From assembly GCA_951406725.2 (NCBI GenBank), contig OX597831.1:60760001-60824000 (forward strand): a DNA stretch of 64,000 nucleotides. The letters are read 5' to 3'. The DNA is from Octopus vulgaris. Its lineage: Eukaryota. Below the pieces are notes generated by a model. That model was given only the letters and a program-made list of their open reading frames with translations. It was not told where the DNA came from and did no database searches. Positions 39,215 to 51,800 of this stretch are shown one piece after another; position 1 is the first letter of the stretch; each line of letters begins with the position of its first letter. The position numbers and the translations under genes were made by a program.

Positions 39215-39980
39215 ATTATTCCTTCGTAATACAGTGTGGTTAAAAATGCACCAGCGTCTTCAGTCATCTATCAAGTCACAACAAGGACATCAGGCAGATA
39301 ATGCTTTAATTAAGATATGCGCTGTGCCCAATATGGCTGCTGTTTTCAAGACATTAATCTTGCATGAGATTTCCAATTGCCTTAAGAAGTTTTGAAGTTT
39401 TAACGGGATTTAGCCCAATGCTCCGATTACCACTGGTATCACTTTTACATTACGCTCTCGCATTCCATACAGTCTTGCCGTTTCCACTTTCAATTTTGAG
39501 TACTTTTTGATTTTTTCAACCTCTTTACTCACAATATTCATGTCATTTGGTATGGCTACATCAATGATCTGACAGTATTTGTCTCTCTTATTCAATATGA
39601 TGATATCCCGCTGACGGTATTAGATTACAAGATCCGTCATAATCCCATGGTATCATTACTTTTCCAACGCCAGCCTTGACAGAGGAATAGCGCCAGCCTT
39701 GAAAGAATAGCGCCAGCCTTGACGGTGGCTGGATGTGTTCTTCGCTGCTCTGGCCATTCAGTAGTCGAGGAAACAGAAACCCTAATATAACCCAACAAGA
39801 CGACAGAAAAATAACTCTCAAAGACTATCGTATCTACAATTCCCTGGGAGTAAATGAAATTCCCCTGGATAAAAGGTAAGAAACGATAAGCTTTTAAACT
39901 TTTAATATCGACAACTTACTATGAGAATTTTACTCTCGTTTTCTTTTCTTTCTTTTCTCCCTGTGTATTCGAAAATGTAA
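39215..39980 (-). mobile_element. Internally deleted R4/Dong-like LINE: restriction-like endonuclease C-terminus and 3' UTR joined to a putative 5' segment
   Basis: DII...NKRDKYCQIIDVAIPND...KEVEKIKKY..LK.E..RL....VKVIPVVIGALG is a typical RLE domain; followed on the minus strand by a (TAA)-like tract. Confidence 0.85.
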
Positions 39981-40308
39981 CATCATTTTTTATTGCAAAA
40001 GCACTACTCTAATTGGACATACAAACAAACATATCTAGAAAACTTTAAAACTTTTATATCTACAATTTTGTGTGCAAATTTTCTTTTTCTTTTCTCTCTG
40101 ACTACCCGAATATGTAAACATACCATTTATTGCAACAACACAATTAGATGCACGATAAAAAAATATTAAGGATGTAAGCACCTGCCAATATATACAAACT
40201 GCACAATTACAAGACCTGCAAACCTCAGCAAAACTTATAAAAAGAAACGGAAGAAAAATAAATTCAGAAATTCAAAAATTCAACATCAGTATATATATAT
40301 ATACATAC

Positions 40309-40354
<46 letters not shown>

Positions 40355-40384
40355 ATTATTATTATTATTAATATTATTATTACT

Positions 40385-41600
40385 AAGCACGATATACAAC
40401 AGGAGAATAACCTTTGTATGACATCCGGCGGCAAGCACCTGAGAAAAGTGTGTCCGTTCAGAAAAGCAAAGTGTTTTCTTTGTGGGAACACAGGGCACGC
40501 TAAATCGCACTGCAGAACTAAGATGACGAAAAATTGGACCAAACGAGAAGAGTTAGAGAGTTTACCATCACATATTAAACTTTGAACAATATACAGAAAA
40601 TTCACCAAGATAAGAATCGAAACTATTAGTGTCAAAATGCGATGAGACACGGGTAGTGGCATTACTATCATCAATCCAGAAACATTATTTAAGTCAAATT
40701 AAGTAGCATATGGTGTTCCAGGAAAGGAGTAATATTTCATCGGCGAATATATTTGCTTTGTAAATTGCCAAGGTGAAACGAAAATGATTATCAGTTGTGA
40801 GTTGAAAATAATCACTAAAACCGTTTAGCCCAGGGAGCATGGAGTTATTTAAAATGTGGGATACCGTCCCTCATTAGTGCTCTTTGTGTATTTGTAGTCG
40901 ACATGGTTGGACGGTTCGAAGGAGGTAGAACAATTGAGACAAAAGGTTGGAAAAAATAGTTTCCAAGTGTTTTTTTTTTTTTTTTGGAGTGGGGATTAGA
41001 CTGTTGCACTAAATCAAAAGCGAGTATCAAGGTAACAGAAAACGCAACACCCGTTTTTAGGCTCAAATGGAACGTGCCGTTTGCGGCGTTGGACCAAGTC
41101 AATAAAGAGCTAGAAAGACTAGAAATACAAACCATAACTGAAGACGTCAACCATTCAGACTTGGCAGCTCCGACGGTCTATGTAAAGAAAAAATAACAAA
41201 CAAAGAGTGTGTGCGGACTTTTCGACTGGATTAAATAACTGTGAAGTCGAATGCAATTATCCATTACCAAGACTAGAAGAAGTGTTCTCAGAACTTGATG
41301 GAGGGAAAATTTTCTCGGAACTAGACCTCTAGGAGGCCTACCTACAGATACAGGTAGAGGAAGATTACGCAAACCTTTTAACAATCAACACACACTGTGG
41401 ACCGTATAAATTCAAGCGGCTTCCTTCTGGAGTAAGAGTGGCACCTGCCATATTCCAATAAGTGATGGACATAATGTTAAATGATTGCGACTTCGGTATC
41501 GTTTATCTCGATGATATCTTGATAAAGAACGTGTCAGTGGAGCAACACTTCGAACATATTAAAAAAAATTTCGGAAAATAAATGAATTCAGGTTTAGACG
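40385..41600 (+). mobile_element. Decayed Ty3/Gypsy LTR retrotransposon gag-protease-RT relic
   Basis: CFLCGNTGHAKSHC knuckle, DTGSGITII protease motif, RT motifs PVF...VPFA, AAPTVYVKK, CADFSTGLN, FKRLPSGV..APAIFQ and YLDDILI. Confidence 0.88.
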
Positions 41601-42567
41601 TGTAATAGCAATTACACAGCCTATAAATACCTAAATTTACATGTTACAAAAGCATGGTCAAGTTTCCTTAAAATTCGGTTTATCCTCAAAATAATTTTCA
41701 TACAAATTTCAAGAAAATAAATACTACCTGATATTACATTTCCTATTGACACAGATGGATAATCTATGTTTCCCCAATAAAAAATTCACCCGCAATATCC
41801 CATAAGTTTTGTGTGCCACATAACTACAGCTTTGTAAAAGAAGGACAGATCTAGCAAATATGATTTTCTGCTCATTAATTGTAAGCTTGCTGTTCAATAT
41901 TCCAATATTTTTCTTCCAGTCATTGTATATGAGAGTATGTGTGTGTGTTCGCACACGTGTGTATACCTATATGTACGTACATATATATAGTTTGCATGTA
42001 TATATTGCCCTTTTGCTCTAGGTTACACCTGGTCTAGTACACGATCGACCAACGAATTTTAATTATTTTACAGAACCAATTCTTATACACCTAGGATTTG
42101 GTTTCACTTGGATTATGATTCATTTTCATGTCAGCATGTTCGACGAGTTACCTCCTAGGATGTTACTTTGCTGTGTCAGCAAATGCTATTATATGAAGTA
42201 ATGCAAGTATTTTTTTTTCCGTCGGGCCAACGGATTATGGTCCATAGTGATTAAGTAAATATGTAATGTATTATTTCTAATTCAGTCTGTTCTCAGTTAA
42301 ATTAGCTCTATTACAGCATTGATTATTAATTTATTTCTGCGCAGTGCACTGAGTCAGATATTCAAAATATGATAACAAGAAAATGCATGATGCAAGACAT
42401 GGATGTTAATTTACTTACTGTATTAAACGTTGTTATTCAACGCTGCCGCTATTCGATGGTCACATTAGATAAATGTAAAATATAGTCCTATGCTTTCTAA
42501 AATTCGGGTTGATTTTTCATTTGCTATTTTTAGATGAGTAAGAAGCAAATCAATTCCATTAATGTAA

Positions 42568-42972
42568 GGCGGCGAGCTGGCAGAAAGGTTAGCGCGCCGG
42601 GCGAAATGCTTAGCGGTATTTCGTCTGTTGTTACGTTCTGAGTTCAAATTCCATCGAGGTAGACTTTGTCTTTCATCCTTTCGGGGTCGATAAATTTAGT
42701 ACCAGTTACGCACTGGGTCGATGTACTCGACTTAATCCGTCTGTCTGTCCTTGTTTGTCTCCTCTGTGTTTAGCCCCTTGTGGGTAGTAAAGAAATAGGT
42801 ATTTCGTCTGTCGTAACGTTCTGGGTTCAAATTCCGCCGAGGTCGACTTTGCCTTTCATCCTTTCGGGGTCGATTAAATAAGTACCAATTACACACTGGG
42901 GTCGATTTAATCGACTTCATACCTATGTCTGTCCTTGTTTGTCTCCTCTATGTTTAGCCCCCTGTGGGTAAT
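42568..42972 (+). mobile_element. SINE family A, dimeric form
   Basis: Head plus two core units. Confidence 0.92.
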
Positions 42973-43304
42973 TTGGCAAAGTCTCGGACAAATCTTTAAA
43001 GGGAGATTTGCTTCGGATCTGAATGAACCTTAGAAATGGGATTACACTAAAATAATAAATGTAAAAATAATCAATTCATTAACAAAGATATAATTAGATA
43101 GGAATGATATAATTTTCCCAGGGGTCTACCATAGCAAATAATCAAAACTTTTAGTCAGCAATAGATAAATAAATAAGTAGGTTGTAAATAAATTATAAAA
43201 TTTCGTGATATGTGTGTGCGAGTGTAGGTATGTTTGTATGTAAGTATATATTACGAACTACATGTACATATCTCTCTCTTTCTTTATATATATATATATA
43301 ATAA

Positions 43305-43592
43305 ATCACCGTGACCGACGAGGCTATCAGATGTTGCTACACATCGCTGGTTACAATGCGCTTCGCATTGTTTTAGCCTTCAAATAACGCCACCCCGCTG
43401 GCTAAGCGAGCAGGCCAATAGAAGAAAGTGAGAGAAAGTTTTGGCGAAAGAGTACAGCAGGGATCGCCACCACCCTCTGCCGGAGCCTCGTGGAGCTTTA
43501 AGTGTTTTCGCTCAATAAACACTCACAACGCCCGGTCTGGGAATCGAAACAGCGAGTCCGCTGCACTAACCACTGGGCCATTGCGCCTCCAC
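43305..43592 (-). mobile_element. SINE family B (tail variant 3)
   Basis: Reverse complement of the head gtggaggcgcaatggcccagtggttag; distinct tail ending gcctcgtcggtcacggtgat. Confidence 0.88.
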
Positions 43593-43603
43593 ATATCTAT
43601 CTA

Positions 43604-43638
<35 letters not shown>

Positions 43639-44580
43639 GCGGTGTGTGTGTTTAAATATTTATGCATCTATGTAAACGTATGCGTTTATATGGAAACGGA
43701 AAAATAAAAATACACAAGAGCATAAGTACTTTTCTGACTATAAGAAATTGAAATGAAAAGTAGCAAAACTTGAATGGAAAAATCAGAAGATCAATGATGT
43801 GCAGTTATCTCAAAGGATGTTTGGGGAAAGAACTGAAACAAACGCTAAAATAAATATTATCAATAAATTATCAGAAAGTCTTTGACAGATTCCTTTAGTT
43901 ATAGATTGCAATATATCTTAAACTGACAAATGCAACACACAATCATTGCTGATGTATAAAAAAATGAAGATTTATAAAGCGTATACTTGAAAAATTGCTG
44001 ACAATTTTTTCAATGCACATTCATTATTTTTACTCCGGCTATACTATGGACAGTACTGACTTATCTACACACAAATATAAAGTGTCAAACCTTCTATGAA
44101 GCAATATCATATATATTTCATTTCGGTTTAATATTTGTGTTTTTTCTTTTTTAATTTCTTTTTTGGAAGGAGAGGTTCATGGACTAACTCGAAGCAAAAT
44201 AAACAAGCATTATATACCCATACATATGCAATTACATCTTTCGTGCTCATTCATCAAAGACTTAATGAAGAGTTTCTTTTTTTATTTTTGCAGAACTAAA
44301 TAATGTTCAACGTTTCTCGATGAGAAGCTATAAAAATCATGCATCGAATTACATTGAAACGCGATGTATATTTTTTACTAAATGACAGTTATTAATTTGA
44401 CGTTACTTATATTTATTTCTCCTGGAAATCTATGCAACCTGCATATTTTGCGTTCGAAACTGCCTAAAGGTAGTGAAAGTAAATATGTAAATAATTCATT
44501 GAGGTCTCAATGTACATGGTGCAAAGGACTATGTTTTTAAGATAACAAATTGATTAAAATATATTTATTTACAGTTTTAA

Positions 44581-44766
44581 GGCGGCGAGCTGGCAGAAAC
44601 GTTAGCATGCTGGGCGAAATTCTTAGTGGTAATTCGTCTGTCGTTACGTTCTGAGTTCAAATTCCGTCGAGGTCGACTTTGCTTTTCATCCTTTCGGGAT
44701 CGATGAATAAGGTCTGTCCTTGTTTGTCCCCTCTGTGTTTAGCCCCTTGTGGGCAATAAAGAAATA
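44581..44766 (+). mobile_element. SINE family A monomer (internal deletion) flanked by an approximately 170-bp direct repeat
   Basis: 44409-44578 is repeated at 44768-44937. Confidence 0.9.
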
Positions 44767-45370
44767 CATATTTATTTCTCCTGGAAAGCTATGCGACCTG
44801 CATATTTTGCGTTCGAAACTGCCTAAAGGTACTGAAAATAAATATGCAAATAAGTGATTGAGGTCTTGATGTACACGGTGCAGAGGACTATGTTTTTAAG
44901 ACCACAAATTGCTTAAAATATATTTATTGACAGTTTTGATGACGGCCATATGTCAATTATCGCCGCGAGCAGTCTGTGCTCTGTAAGATGGAAGTATTAG
45001 CTTTAGAGCAATGCTGTAAATTTAATCATACTGAATTATAAACAGCGTATAATGGAAACGACATAATGTATATTGTTTTAGTCAAAACCGTTTAGGGTCT
45101 GTAATTTTGCCAAATTAATGCCAAATAGCAGATTGTTCTGAAAGTTCTTTACAATATGCCTATGCTGAAAATACTGCACATCGAAGAGGAAAATGCAAGA
45201 CAGCCATGGTATAATATTCCAATTACAATAATCAGAAGAAATGATGATTAGAAAGAAACTCAATCAAAATTTCGGCTGCTCTACCATTATTCAGTTACTG
45301 CAATCACGTCATTGTGTTTGTGCGATATGTGCGATTCCTTGATAAATATATCAGAAAGAATATATGAATA

Positions 45371-45526
45371 GATGCAGGAGTGGCTGTGTGGTAAGTAGCT
45401 TGCTTACCAACCACATGGTTTCGGGTAAAGTCCCACTGCGTGGCACCTTGCGATAGTGTCTTCTACTATAGCCTCGGGCCGACCGAAGTGGATTTGGTAG
45501 ACGGAAACTGAAAGAAGCCCGTCGTA

Positions 45527-45565
<39 letters not shown>

Positions 45566-45970
45566 GAGAGAATGAAGCAACAAGAATGGATAGGTTTTTA
45601 GTACAATCGTTTCATACAAGGACAGGTTTTATTAAAAGTTGCAAAAATTACAGCATATAAACGTGTCCCGTACTCATCAGCTAAAATACATGTGAGTTCT
45701 CTAGACATCCTAGTGGTTGAGGCTATACTCATGAAGTAATGTAGATAATTAAGTAACATAAACAGATTTCAAAAGTTCATTAAAGTTCTTTAAAGATGAT
45801 GTACAGTCTTATCACAGAATTTTAAAAAAGTCTTAATAGCATCGTATATATATATATATATATGGGTGAATGAATTATCCTCTGTTTACCGTTAGCATGG
45901 AAAATTCAAAGTAAAGGAATTTTATTAACATCTTCGTTCAACTCCATTTATTTATTTATTTATTCATATA

Positions 45971-46008
<38 letters not shown>

Positions 46009-46227
46009 ATTTGTATGTCGTGTTTGTCCCCGCAACGTCGATTGACAACCGATGCTGGTGTGTTTGCATCCCCGTAACTTAGCGGTTCGGCAAAAGAGAC
46101 CGAAAGAATAAGTACTAGGCTTACAAAGAATAGGTCCTGGGGTCGATTTGCTCGACTAAAGGCGGTGTTCCAGCATGGCCGCAGTCAAATGAGTGAAAAG
46201 TGTAAAAGAGTAACAGTAAAGAGAATG
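45371..46227 (+). mobile_element. SINE family C interrupted by insertions within its internal (TA)n
   Basis: Head 45371-45530 and tail 45990-46227, with foreign sequence at 45565-45970. Confidence 0.88.
45596..45686 (-). ncRNA. Type I hammerhead ribozyme (minimal stem III)
   Basis: Minus strand: UUUUAG-CUGAUGA-GUACGGGACA...UGUCCUUGUAU-GAAAC-GAUU-GUA-CUAAAA; intact core, 6-bp stem I, long stem II. Confidence 0.85.
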
Positions 46228-47459
46228 AAAGTCATCTGCAGAAATATGCATCTGTAGAATTGTAGCCACAGAATTGTTTTAAAACATATTGTGTGACTGA
46301 TGTGTGAAGAGCAGCAAGACAGAGAATGTTGACTACTCTTTTTCTGTGTATTACATTTTAGTGAGGAAAAACCTATGATATGGATAAACGGAATGAGAAA
46401 ACCATTCATTACTGTTTTGCATTGTTTTCATTTTTTTTTTTTTTTTGAGACATACAGTATCAATCTTGAGAACTTGAAGGACAATGTTCTCCATTTTTGA
46501 ACGTAGCGAATTTTAAGGTATGAGAGCTGATGGTGAGGTGAAATCAGAGATATGTTTACATATATATTTGTAACTAGTAATTAAGACAAAAATAAAGCCT
46601 GTAAGACGACATACGGTGAAATCAAACCATGTGAGAAAAGAGGATAGCACGCAAACCAGCGTGAGAAAATTCGAACAAAAGCTAATGAACCAGCATTTGT
46701 GAATAAAAGCATGTACATTTTAATAGTAATAACTAAAAATTCAGACACTTCGAATGAACGTACCATAGGTTTATGAGGTGCATACACATCTCGGTAGGAT
46801 CTTGAAAAGATTTGTAGATACGATAATTGAGATATGTATCAATATTAGACTACTAAAATTTAATTGAAGAATAGAAGTACATCAAATAAAACATTGATAT
46901 CGCAAAAATTTTAATCTAGCTTTGTTACAACTTTAACATAAACCTGCAAACATATGGGGCGGCGGTACACCTACGCGTTACTGCGATGGTTAAACCAAAA
47001 TAAACATCCAAATAATAAAAACAGGCAATGCTGATTCCGTTATGTGCCGTTAAATATGATGGAATACATATTCTGCCAAATTACACTATTTTCAACAGCA
47101 TCTCCTCGTCTCGTCGTTTTCACATCCGCTTATTCATTTTTATTTAAATTAACGTACAAATTTACATACAAGCGAACCTATACGTAAAGATACCAAAGCA
47201 ACCACTCAGACTTTTTCACAAATACACACTTTAACGTACGTCAAGCACACAACCACAAAAATATGTATACTCTCAATCCCGAATGCAAGGCTACATTAAC
47301 ACACAAAAACACGCAGCTCTCATATCCTCTTAACCGGATACTCAATAATACACACACACACATTCTAACACTACGGTACGTATACATAACAGATCACGTA
47401 CACAGCCAGATGTAAGATTTCACTCTTCATATGTCTACTTCCTCCTCTCTCTCACACTG

Positions 47460-47952
<493 letters not shown>

Positions 47953-48434
47953 ATGAAACACATTAATATTATATATGTTCGCTCACACTAACATACATAG
48001 AATGAAATATGCATATAAGTACGTTTCATCCAAAGTAATAAGAGCAGAAGCCAACTCAAAATCGTTTAGTTGATGCAAACACTTTATTACGGTTTTTTTT
48101 AATTCTATTGAAATTCAAAGTGGAATATATAAGCAAAATCACGTGATAGAACAAAGTACTAAAAATGATGGACTATTAGTATCTTAATGAAATACAATGT
48201 TGCATCGTTAAAAATGTGCAATTAGAGCGAGACACATACCAAAAATGTAACTTTAATTAGTGCTGCATTATATTTTAAAATTTTATAAGAATTACATTTG
48301 CTGTTATCATTTATTTTTAAATTATGCTTAAAGATTATCTTAGTTTTCTGCCCATATTCTTTTCCCGCTAGTGCTGAAGGCTCATTGACATGATAGTATA
48401 TATGATTCTGTAATATGTGTGTGTGTCAATGTAC

Positions 48435-48471
<37 letters not shown>

Positions 48472-48474
48472 GAA

Positions 48475-48590
48475 CTAGCAGTATAAACCGGCTTTGCCCG
48501 GTATTAAGTTACGATTATTAAGCTAATCAAGTTCTTTATTTCAAACCAAACTAAGTAATATCGACAGAACGGAATGGAACGGACTTGTTA
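48475..48590 (-). mobile_element. Helitron-like 3' terminus
   Basis: Minus strand: ACCGG-GCAAAG-CCGGT hairpin, 8 nt, then CTAG followed by host T, which is the canonical Helitron 3' end. Confidence 0.7.
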
Positions 48591-48619
48591 TCGTTCCAAA
48601 GCCTCGTTTTCATTCAAAA

Positions 48620-48842
48620 ACTACCCACAAGGGGCTAAACACAGAGAGGACAAACAAGGACAGACAAACGGATTAAGTCTTATATATCGACCCCAGTGCG
48701 TAACTGGTACTTAATTTATCAACCCCGAAAGGATGAAAGGCAAAGTCGACCTCGGCGGAATTTGAAATAAGAACGTGACGGCAGATGAAATACGCTTCCG
48801 CATTTCGCCCGGCGTTCTAAAGTTTTTGCCAGCTCGCCGCCT
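48620..48842 (-). mobile_element. SINE family A inserted into the edge of the 19-bp minisatellite
   Basis: Reverse complement of the family A head and core; satellite units on both sides (48591-48615 and from 48843). Confidence 0.9.
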
Positions 48843-51800
48843 TTCGTTCCAATTTCTCGTTTTCGTTCCAGACCCTCACTTTCGTTCAAGACACTCGCTT
48901 TCGTTCCAGAGCCTCGCTTTCGTTCCGAGGACTCGCTTTCGTTCCAAAGCCTCGTTTTCGTTTCAATGCTTCGTTTTCGTTCCAAAGCTTCGTTTTCGTG
49001 CCAAAGCCTCGTTTTCGTTCCAAAGCCTCGTTTTCGTTCCAAAGCCACGTTTTCGATCCAGAACCTCGTTTTCGTTCCAGAGCCTCGTTTTCGTTCTGGA
49101 ACCTCTTTTTTGTTCCGGAGCCTCGCTTTCGTTCCAGACCCTCGCTTTCGTTCCAAAGCCTCGCTTTCGTTCCAAAGCCTCGTTTTCGTTCCAAAGCCTC
49201 GTTTTCGTTCCAAAGCCTCGTTTTCGTTCCAGACCCTTGTTTTCGTTTCAGAGCGTCGTGTTCGTTCCACAGCCTCGTTTTCGTTCCAGAGCGTCGTTTT
49301 TGCTCCAACGTCTCGTTTTCGTTCCAAAGCCTCGCTTTCGTTCCAAAGCCTCGTTTTCGTTCCAGAGCCTCGTTTTCGTTCCAGAGCCTCGTTTTCGTTC
49401 CAGAGCCTCGTATTCTTTCCAGAACCTCGTTTTCGTTCCAGACCCTCGCTTTCGTTCAAGACACTCGCTTTCGTTCCAGAGCCTCGCTTTTGTTCCAAGG
49501 ATTCGTTTTCGTTCCAAAGCTTCGCTTTCGTTCCAATGCCTCGTTTTCGTTCCAAAGCCTCGTTTTCGTTCCAGAATCTCGTATCCGTTCCAGAGCCTCG
49601 TTTTCGTTCCACAGCCTCGTTTTCGTTCCAGGGCCTCGTTTTCGTTCCGGAGCATCGTTTTGTTGCAGAACCACGCTTTCGTTCCAGAGCCTCGTGTTCG
49701 TTCTGCTCCAACGTCTCGTTTTCGTTCCAAATCTTCGCTTTCATTCCAGAGCCTCGTTTTCGTTCCAGATCCTCGTATTCGTTCCAGAGCCCCGTATTCG
49801 TTCCAGAGCCTCGCTTTCGTTCCGCAGCCTCGTTTTCGTTCCAGAGACTCGTTTTCGTTCCAGAGCGTCGTTTTCGCTCCAGAGCCTCGTTTTCGTTTCA
49901 GAACCTCGTATTCGTTCCAGAGCCTCGTTTTCGTTCCACAGCCTCGTTTTCGTTCCAGAGCCTCGTTTTCGTTCCGGAGCCTAGTTTTTGTTGCAGAACC
50001 ACGCTTTCGTTCCAGAGACTCGTTTTCGTTCCACAGCCTCGTTTTCGTTCCAGAGCCTCGTTTTCGTTCCAGAGCGTCGTTTTCGCTCCAGAGCCTCGTT
50101 TTCGTTCCAGAACCTCGTATTCGTTCCAGAGCCTCGTTTTCGTTCCACTGCCTCGTTTACGTTCCAGAGCCTCGTTTTCGTTCCGGAGCCTCGTTTTCGT
50201 TGCAGAACCACGCTTTCGTTCCAGAGCCTCGTTTTCGTTCCAGAGCCTCGTTTTCGTTCCAGAGCCTTGTTTTCGTTTCAGAGCGTCGTGTTCGTTCCAG
50301 AGCCTCGTTTTCGTTCCAGAACCTCGTTTTCGTTCCAGAGCCTCGTTTTCGTTCCAGAGCGTCGGTTTTGCTCCAACGTCTCGTTTTCGTTCCAAAGCCT
50401 CGTTTTCATTCCAGAGCCTCATTTTCGTTCCAGAGCCTCGTATTCGTTCCACAGCCTCGTTTTCGTTCCACAGCCTCGTTTTTGTTCCAGAGCCTCGTTT
50501 TCGTTTCAGAGCCTCGTTTTCGCTCCAGAGCCTCGTTATCGTTCCAGAGCCTTGTTTTCGTTTCAGAGCGTCGTTTTCGTTCCAGAGCCTCGTTTTCGTT
50601 CCAGGGCCTCGTTTTCGTTCCAGAGCCTCGTATTCGTTCAAGAGCCTCGTATTCGTTCCAGAACCTCATTTTCGTTCCACAGCTTCGTTTTCGTTCCAGA
50701 GCCTCGTTTTCGTTCCAGAGCGTCGTTTTCGTTCCAGAGCCTCGTTTTCGTTCCAGAGCGTCGTTTTCGTTCCAAAGCCTCGTTTTCGTTCCAGAGCCTC
50801 GTTTTCGTTCCACAGCCTCGTTTTCGTCTAACGCCTCGTTTTCGTTCCAAAGCCTCGTTTTCGTTTCGAAGCCTCGTTGTCGGTCCGAAGCCTCGTTTTC
50901 GTTCCGAATCTTCGTTTTCTTTCCGAAGCCTCGTTTTCATTCCGAAGCCTCGTTTTCATTCCAGAGCGTCCAACGTCTTGTTTTCATTCCAAAGCCTCGT
51001 TATTGTTCCAAAGCTTCGTTTTCGTCCCAGAGCCTCGTTTTCTTTCCAGACCCTCGTTTTCGTTCCAGAGCCTCGTTTTCGTTCCAGAGCCTCGTATTCG
51101 TTCCAGAACGTCGTTTTTGCTCCAACGTCTCGTTTTCGTTCCAAAGCCTCGTTTTCATTCCAGAGCCTCGTTTTCGTTCCAGAGCCTCGTATTCGTTCCA
51201 GAGCCTCGTTTTCGTTCCACAGCCTCGTTTTCGTTCCAGAGCCTCGTTTTCGTTCCAGAGCGTCGTTTTCGCTCCAGAGCCTCGTTATCGTTCCAGAGCC
51301 TTGTTTTCGTTTCAGAGCGTCGTGTTCGTTCCAGAGCCTCGTTTTCGTTCCAGAGCCTCGTTTTCGTTCCAGAGCCTCGTTTTCGTTCCACAGCTTCGTT
51401 TTCGTTCCAGAGCCTCGTTTTCGTTCCACAGCTTCGTTTTCGTTCCAGAGCCTCCTTTTCGTTCCAGAGCGTCGTTTTCGTTCCAGAGCCTCGTTTTCGT
51501 TCCAGAGCGTCGTTTTCGTTACAAAGCCACGTTTTCGTTCCAGAGCCTCGTTTTCGTTCCACAGCTTCGTTTTCGTTCCACAGCCTCGTTTTCGTTCCAC
51601 AGCCTCGTTTTCGTCTAACGCCTCGTTTTCGTTCCAAAGGCTCGTTTTCTTCCGAAGCCTCGTTTTCATTCCGAAGCCTCGTTTTCGTTCCGAAGCCTCG
51701 TTTTCGTTCCAGAGCGTCGTTTTTGCTCCAACGTCTTGTTTTCGTTCCAAAGCCTCGTTATTGTTCCAAAGCCTCGTTTTCCTCCCAGAGCCTCGGTTTC

